Source: an uncultured Leptospirales bacterium (lineage in GTDB: Bacteria > Spirochaetota > UBA4802 > UBA5550). Taken from it: DNA of 64,000 nt. The stretch is from positions 16,604-80,603 of the forward strand of contig CAZBFP010000015.1 of assembly GCA_964491265.1 (NCBI GenBank). The letters are read 5' to 3'. Each line of letters starts with the position of its first letter. The stretch's first letter is position 1. Below, piece by piece: positions 60,328 to 64,000 of this stretch. A program made the translations under genes and the position numbers. The notes under the pieces were generated by a model. That model had not been told where the DNA came from, searched no databases, and was given only the letters and a program-made list of their open reading frames with translations.

Positions 60328-60852
60328 CTACACTATTACCCAGGCATCCCTTAATCTGCTGTAAAGCTCAAGAACTTCCTGTTCATTTATATCAAAAGTA
60401 TCATATACCTGCGAAATGCCTGAAGATCTGAGTAATGCCAGGCATTGATTGTTTGTAAAAAGCTCAACTTTCCCGTTCATAACCCAGAAGGGGTAGATTC
60501 TGCAGAACCATGGCCTGGAATTGTAGGGTAGAAGGCATCCGCTTTCTGTTAAAAACGGGCACCGGTTATCATTTTTTATTCTGATTCGATAATGCCATGC
60601 TCCAGGTTTATTTTTTGCAATAATCTCTTCAACATTGTAGGGGAATAGAGCTGCAAGCTTTTTAAAAAAATCTTTGGAATTGGGAACCTTTGCAATATAC
60701 CGGTCCATCTTTTTTTTATCAATCACAGAGAGAATCATTTTAATTTCATCTTCCGATAGAACAGTTACCTCCTCATCCCGGTTCTGCGGAGCAACGCAGC
60801 ATGTGGGGAAAACTCTGCTGCATTGAGGGCATATATGTTCATTATTCTGCAT
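60328..60852 (-). CDS. YkgJ-family cysteine cluster protein (CxxCxxCC)
   Basis: CPQC...CC, CPFL...GC, RPWFCRIYPF. Confidence 0.85.
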   Translation of the reverse strand: MQNNEHICPQCSRVFPTCCVAPQNRDEEVTVLSEDEIKMILSVIDKKKMDRYIAKVPNSKDFFKKLAALFPYNVEEIIAKNKPGAWHYRIRIKNDNRCPFLTESGCLLPYNSRPWFCRIYPFWVMNGKVELFTNNQCLALLRSSGISQVYDTFDINEQEVLELYSRLRDAWVIV

Positions 60853-61175
60853 GGTTCATCCCTGATATATCCGGTATTCTGCTGATGCTGAACTCAAAAT
60901 CTCCGGTTAAAAACTGAAGTAATCTTTACACAAATCGGGCGACTTGTCAAGAATCATACTTGCCGCTTTCAGAATATTACGGTTTTCTCTGATTAATCAC
61001 ATTATTTTTATTAGGTACTTGACATTAAATGAGCGCCCTGTAACTATGGCTTATTATGATTTAGTTTTATAAATACCACAGTTTTGTCTCGCCTGCATAC
61101 CCGGTCAGCCTTCACTTCATTTATTTAACTTTTTCTTCAGGGGGTAACCCCATATCAAATATCAGGAGTTTTTAC

Positions 61176-61376
61176 ATGTCACAAGGAACAGTAAAATGGT
61201 TTAACGAGCAAAAAGGTTTTGGATTTATCACGGCTGATGACGGACGTGATTATTTTGTACACCACACAAGCATTATTGCAGATGGTTTCAAAACACTCAG
61301 AGAAGGCGCAGAAGTACAATTTAAAATTGAAAAAGGCGACAGAGGCCCGAAAGCAGTTGAAGTCTCTGAAATATAG
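61176..61376 (+). CDS. Cold-shock protein (CspA family)
   Basis: GTVKWFN..KGFGFI, FVH, GPKA. Confidence 0.96.
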   Translation: MSQGTVKWFNEQKGFGFITADDGRDYFVHHTSIIADGFKTLREGAEVQFKIEKGDRGPKAVEVSEI

Positions 61377-61408
61377 AGAATTTCTTTATTGTATTTAACC
61401 TAATTAAC

Positions 61409-61435
61409 AAAAAACCCGCTTATTGCGGGTTTTTT
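61409..61435 (+). terminator. Intrinsic terminator after csp
   Basis: AAAAAACCCGC-TTATT-GCGGGTTTTTT. Confidence 0.9.
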
Positions 61436-61522
61436 GCTTTATTAATATGACCTCTATTTATAAGATATATTTCATCCCCGATTTTCGGGAAAAGTAATAA
61501 TATTATTTGTCATCTGTATATC

Positions 61523-61804
61523 CCGGAGTCATCCCCCTGTCCCCCGGAGGGGGCACGTAATAGGCACTCCTGGGTAAGTAGATGAACTAAAGGATTAAAA
61601 CATCTGTTTATATTGTTGAGCTTGTACAAAATTTTCGGAGCAATATGACGGAAAAAGGGGAAATGAGTATTGGAATTCAAGCATTGCGATAAAATGATGA
61701 AAATGAATTTATCGAGTCATATAAAATATCTCGTGCCCCCTCCGGGGGACAGGAGGAAAAGTATTGAAATGTTTCACTTCCCCCTGACATTCCGGAACGG
61801 GCTT
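61523..61804 (+). repeat. Family C inverted-repeat element, copy 2
   Basis: 26-bp inverted repeat at 61532-61557 and 61732-61757 with one mismatch; shares TATTGGAATTCAA.CATTGC and CCTGACATTCCGG with copy 1. Confidence 0.85.
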
Positions 61805-62293
61805 CTTTCTATCGGCTTATTTCTCTTTCTCCTTATCCCTTTATACGGCAATACCGGTGATATTGAGGGGCTGCGTAATTACACCTCCATAAGGACTGCT
61901 CATATTAAATGGGAAATGGGGCTTTGGGGGAGCAAATCCTACTATGAAAAACAGCTGCGGCAACTTTTAATTGACATGCTTGAAAGGGATATTACTACTG
62001 ATTTCGATTATATTCCTGATTTAGAGAGGATCATTGCTCAAAAAGTCTTTACCCCTGATATTTTTTCAGGGAAATGGCTTCAGATTCACGGGCCCCTTGA
62101 CCCGGAGAGTTTAAAAATGGTTCTGGCCCGGGGGAGAGATTATATCCGGGATATTGAGAAAAGGAAGTATCTTTTTGCCATTTCAGGGAGAATAAAAAAA
62201 TTCAGACTTGAGGATTCGCAGAGGGGGAGAATTCTTCATCTCCATCTCCATCGTGTAACAGTGATCCCTCATGAAAATAAAATTGAAAATTAA
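61769..62293 (+). CDS. Hypothetical exported protein (start uncertain)
   Basis: Open frame with signal-peptide-like LLSIGLFLFLLIPLYG; ends 12 bp before glmS. Confidence 0.6.
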   Translation: MFHFPLTFRNGLLSIGLFLFLLIPLYGNTGDIEGLRNYTSIRTAHIKWEMGLWGSKSYYEKQLRQLLIDMLERDITTDFDYIPDLERIIAQKVFTPDIFSGKWLQIHGPLDPESLKMVLARGRDYIRDIEKRKYLFAISGRIKKFRLEDSQRGRILHLHLHRVTVIPHENKIEN

Positions 62294-62305
62294 AGAAGGA
62301 TAATT

Positions 62306-64000
62306 ATGTGCGGAATAGTCGGTTATGTAGGTCATAAAAAAGCGGTAAATGTTGTTCTCAATTCTCTTAAAAGGCTGGAGTACAGGGGATACGATTCATC
62401 CGGTATTGCCATCTGTCAGGGGGATTCTCTTTATGTTGAAAAGAGGAGCGGCAAAATATCTGTACTTGAATCTGCCATAGACTATGATCTTGTTGGAAAC
62501 TGTACAGTCGGTATGGGGCATACCCGATGGGCAACCCATGGGGAGCCCACTGATGTAAATTCTCACCCCCATACAGACTGCACAGGTGATATTGCCCTGA
62601 TACATAATGGAATAATTGAAAATTATAAGGAATTAAAAACAGTTCTTCAAGGCAAGGGGCATGTATTTAAAAGCGAAACCGATACTGAGGTTATTGTTCA
62701 CTTTGTTGAGCATTATCATAAAGAATTACCTCTTACTGATGCGGTGGTAAAGGCTCTTAAACATGTTGAAGGGGCATATGGAATTGTGGTAATGTCGAAA
62801 AAGGAACCGGGACTCCTTGTGGCAGCGCGTAAAGGGAGCCCCCTTGTACTTGGAATAGGCGATAATGAGATGATCCTGGCATCTGATGTGAGTGCAATTA
62901 TTGAGCATACAAGGGAAGTGGTTTATTTTGAGGATGGGGAGATAGTAGAGATACGGGCTGACAGCTACAGGACCTATGATCTGAATAAAAACGGAATTCA
63001 TAAAGATGTGGAGTCTGTTGACTGGGACATTGAGGCAATCAATAAACAGGGTTTTGACCACTTTATGCTTAAGGAGATTTTTGAGCAGCCTGAAACAGTT
63101 CATAATGCTTTTAGAGGGCGGATTCTTCTGGATGACGCCAATGTGCGGCTTGACGGGTTAAGGCTTAAAGATGAGGAACTCGATGGCATTGAGAGAATTA
63201 TCTTTATTGCATGCGGCACATCATGGCATGCCGGGCTTGTTGCGGAATATCTTATTGAGGAGTATGCCCGGATTCCTGTAGAGGTGGAGTATGCCAGTGA
63301 GTTCCGCTACAGAAAGCCTGTATTAAAGAAGGGTGATCTGGTTATAACAATAAGCCAGTCAGGGGAAACAGCCGATACTCTGGCAGCTTTGCGGGAGGCT
63401 AAGGCAAAGGGGATTAAGGTTCTGGGGATTACAAATGTTGTGGGGAGCACAATAGCCAGGGAGTCTGATGGCGGTGTATATATACACGCAGGCCCTGAAA
63501 TTGGTGTGGCATCAACAAAGGCCTTCACATCCCAGATAACTGTAATTATTCTCCTTACCATTCTTCTGGCAAGAAGAAGGGATATGTCCTTTACTGAATC
63601 GAGCGCCATACTGAATGACCTTGTTAAGCTTCCCGGGGCAATAGAGACAGTGCTTAAAAGCAGTGAGAAAATAAGGGAGATCGCTCAGGTTTATTGTAAG
63701 AGCAGTAATTTTCTATATCTCGGCAGAGGGGTGAACTTCCCTGTTGCGCTTGAAGGCGCTCTTAAACTGAAGGAGATTTCCTATATACATGCAGAAGGAT
63801 ATCCTGCAGCAGAGATGAAGCATGGCCCCATTGCACTGATTGATGAGGATATGCCTGTTGTAATTATTGCTCCAAAGGATGATATTTACAGTAAAATAGT
63901 AAGCAATATGGAGGAGGTCCGGGCAAGAAAGGGCAAAATTATTGCTATTGCCACTGAGGGTGACAAAGATATTATAAATTATGCCTATCATGTTATTTAT
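62306..64000 (+). CDS. glmS: Glutamine--fructose-6-phosphate aminotransferase (runs off the window)
   Basis: MCGIVGY, LEYRGYDSSG, GHTRWATHG, HNGIIEN, ACGTS, SQSGETADT, VASTKAF, EGALKLKE, EMKHGP. Confidence 0.97.
   Translation, partial: MCGIVGYVGHKKAVNVVLNSLKRLEYRGYDSSGIAICQGDSLYVEKRSGKISVLESAIDYDLVGNCTVGMGHTRWATHGEPTDVNSHPHTDCTGDIALIHNGIIENYKELKTVLQGKGHVFKSETDTEVIVHFVEHYHKELPLTDAVVKALKHVEGAYGIVVMSKKEPGLLVAARKGSPLVLGIGDNEMILASDVSAIIEHTREVVYFEDGEIVEIRADSYRTYDLNKNGIHKDVESVDWDIEAINKQGFDHFMLKEIFEQPETVHNAFRGRILLDDANVRLDGLRLKDEELDGIERIIFIACGTSWHAGLVAEYLIEEYARIPVEVEYASEFRYRKPVLKKGDLVITISQSGETADTLAALREAKAKGIKVLGITNVVGSTIARESDGGVYIHAGPEIGVASTKAFTSQITVIILLTILLARRRDMSFTESSAILNDLVKLPGAIETVLKSSEKIREIAQVYCKSSNFLYLGRGVNFPVALEGALKLKEISYIHAEGYPAAEMKHGPIALIDEDMPVVIIAPKDDIYSKIVSNMEEVRARKGKIIAIATEGDKDIINYAYHVIY

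Noticed and set aside
61670-61768. Extended N-terminus of the ORF before glmS
   Set aside because: Lies inside the family C repeat, has a TTG start and places the signal-like segment too far from the start.
62396-63991. Minus-strand ORFs at the window end
   Set aside because: Antisense shadows of glmS. The same applies to most short ORFs overlapping housekeeping genes.

Overview
AT-rich (roughly 35-40% GC, estimated by eye) bacterial chromosome segment. Gene content (FapA/DUF342, YihY with a beta-propeller insert, PD40-OmpA, DNPR-type MurE, four-subunit 2-oxoacid:ferredoxin oxidoreductase, family I CoA-transferase) suggests an anaerobic, Leptospirae-related spirochaete; this is inference. 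Most of the window is housekeeping: topB, amtB-glnK plus a NifA-like sigma54 activator, copA, rpsU, rarA, asd, tatA-fdhE, pgi, gltA, murI, uup, porCDAB, tRNA-Gly, a dcw cluster from mraZ to ftsZ lacking ftsI/murB/ddl, csp and glmS. The most striking unexplained structure is intergenic. Nine copies of a ~120-bp MITE-like element (family A) carry 15-bp imperfect terminal inverted repeats, mostly 7-bp target-site duplications and a covarying central hairpin. In two copies the hairpin tip is replaced by a 163-bp element (family B) with its own IS-like ends enclosing a REP-like dimer, giving a three-layer nested repeat. A third inverted-repeat family (C) occurs twice. Also notable: a sigma54 promoter with a GTAC-N6-GTAC site upstream of amtB, an unannotated 36-aa metal-binding peptide before copA, a candidate structured RNA upstream of the CoA-transferase operon, and a 56-61 kb patch of TA-like modules (RelBE-like pair, small protein plus retropepsin pair, internally deleted HEPN with intact MNT, chimeric ORF).
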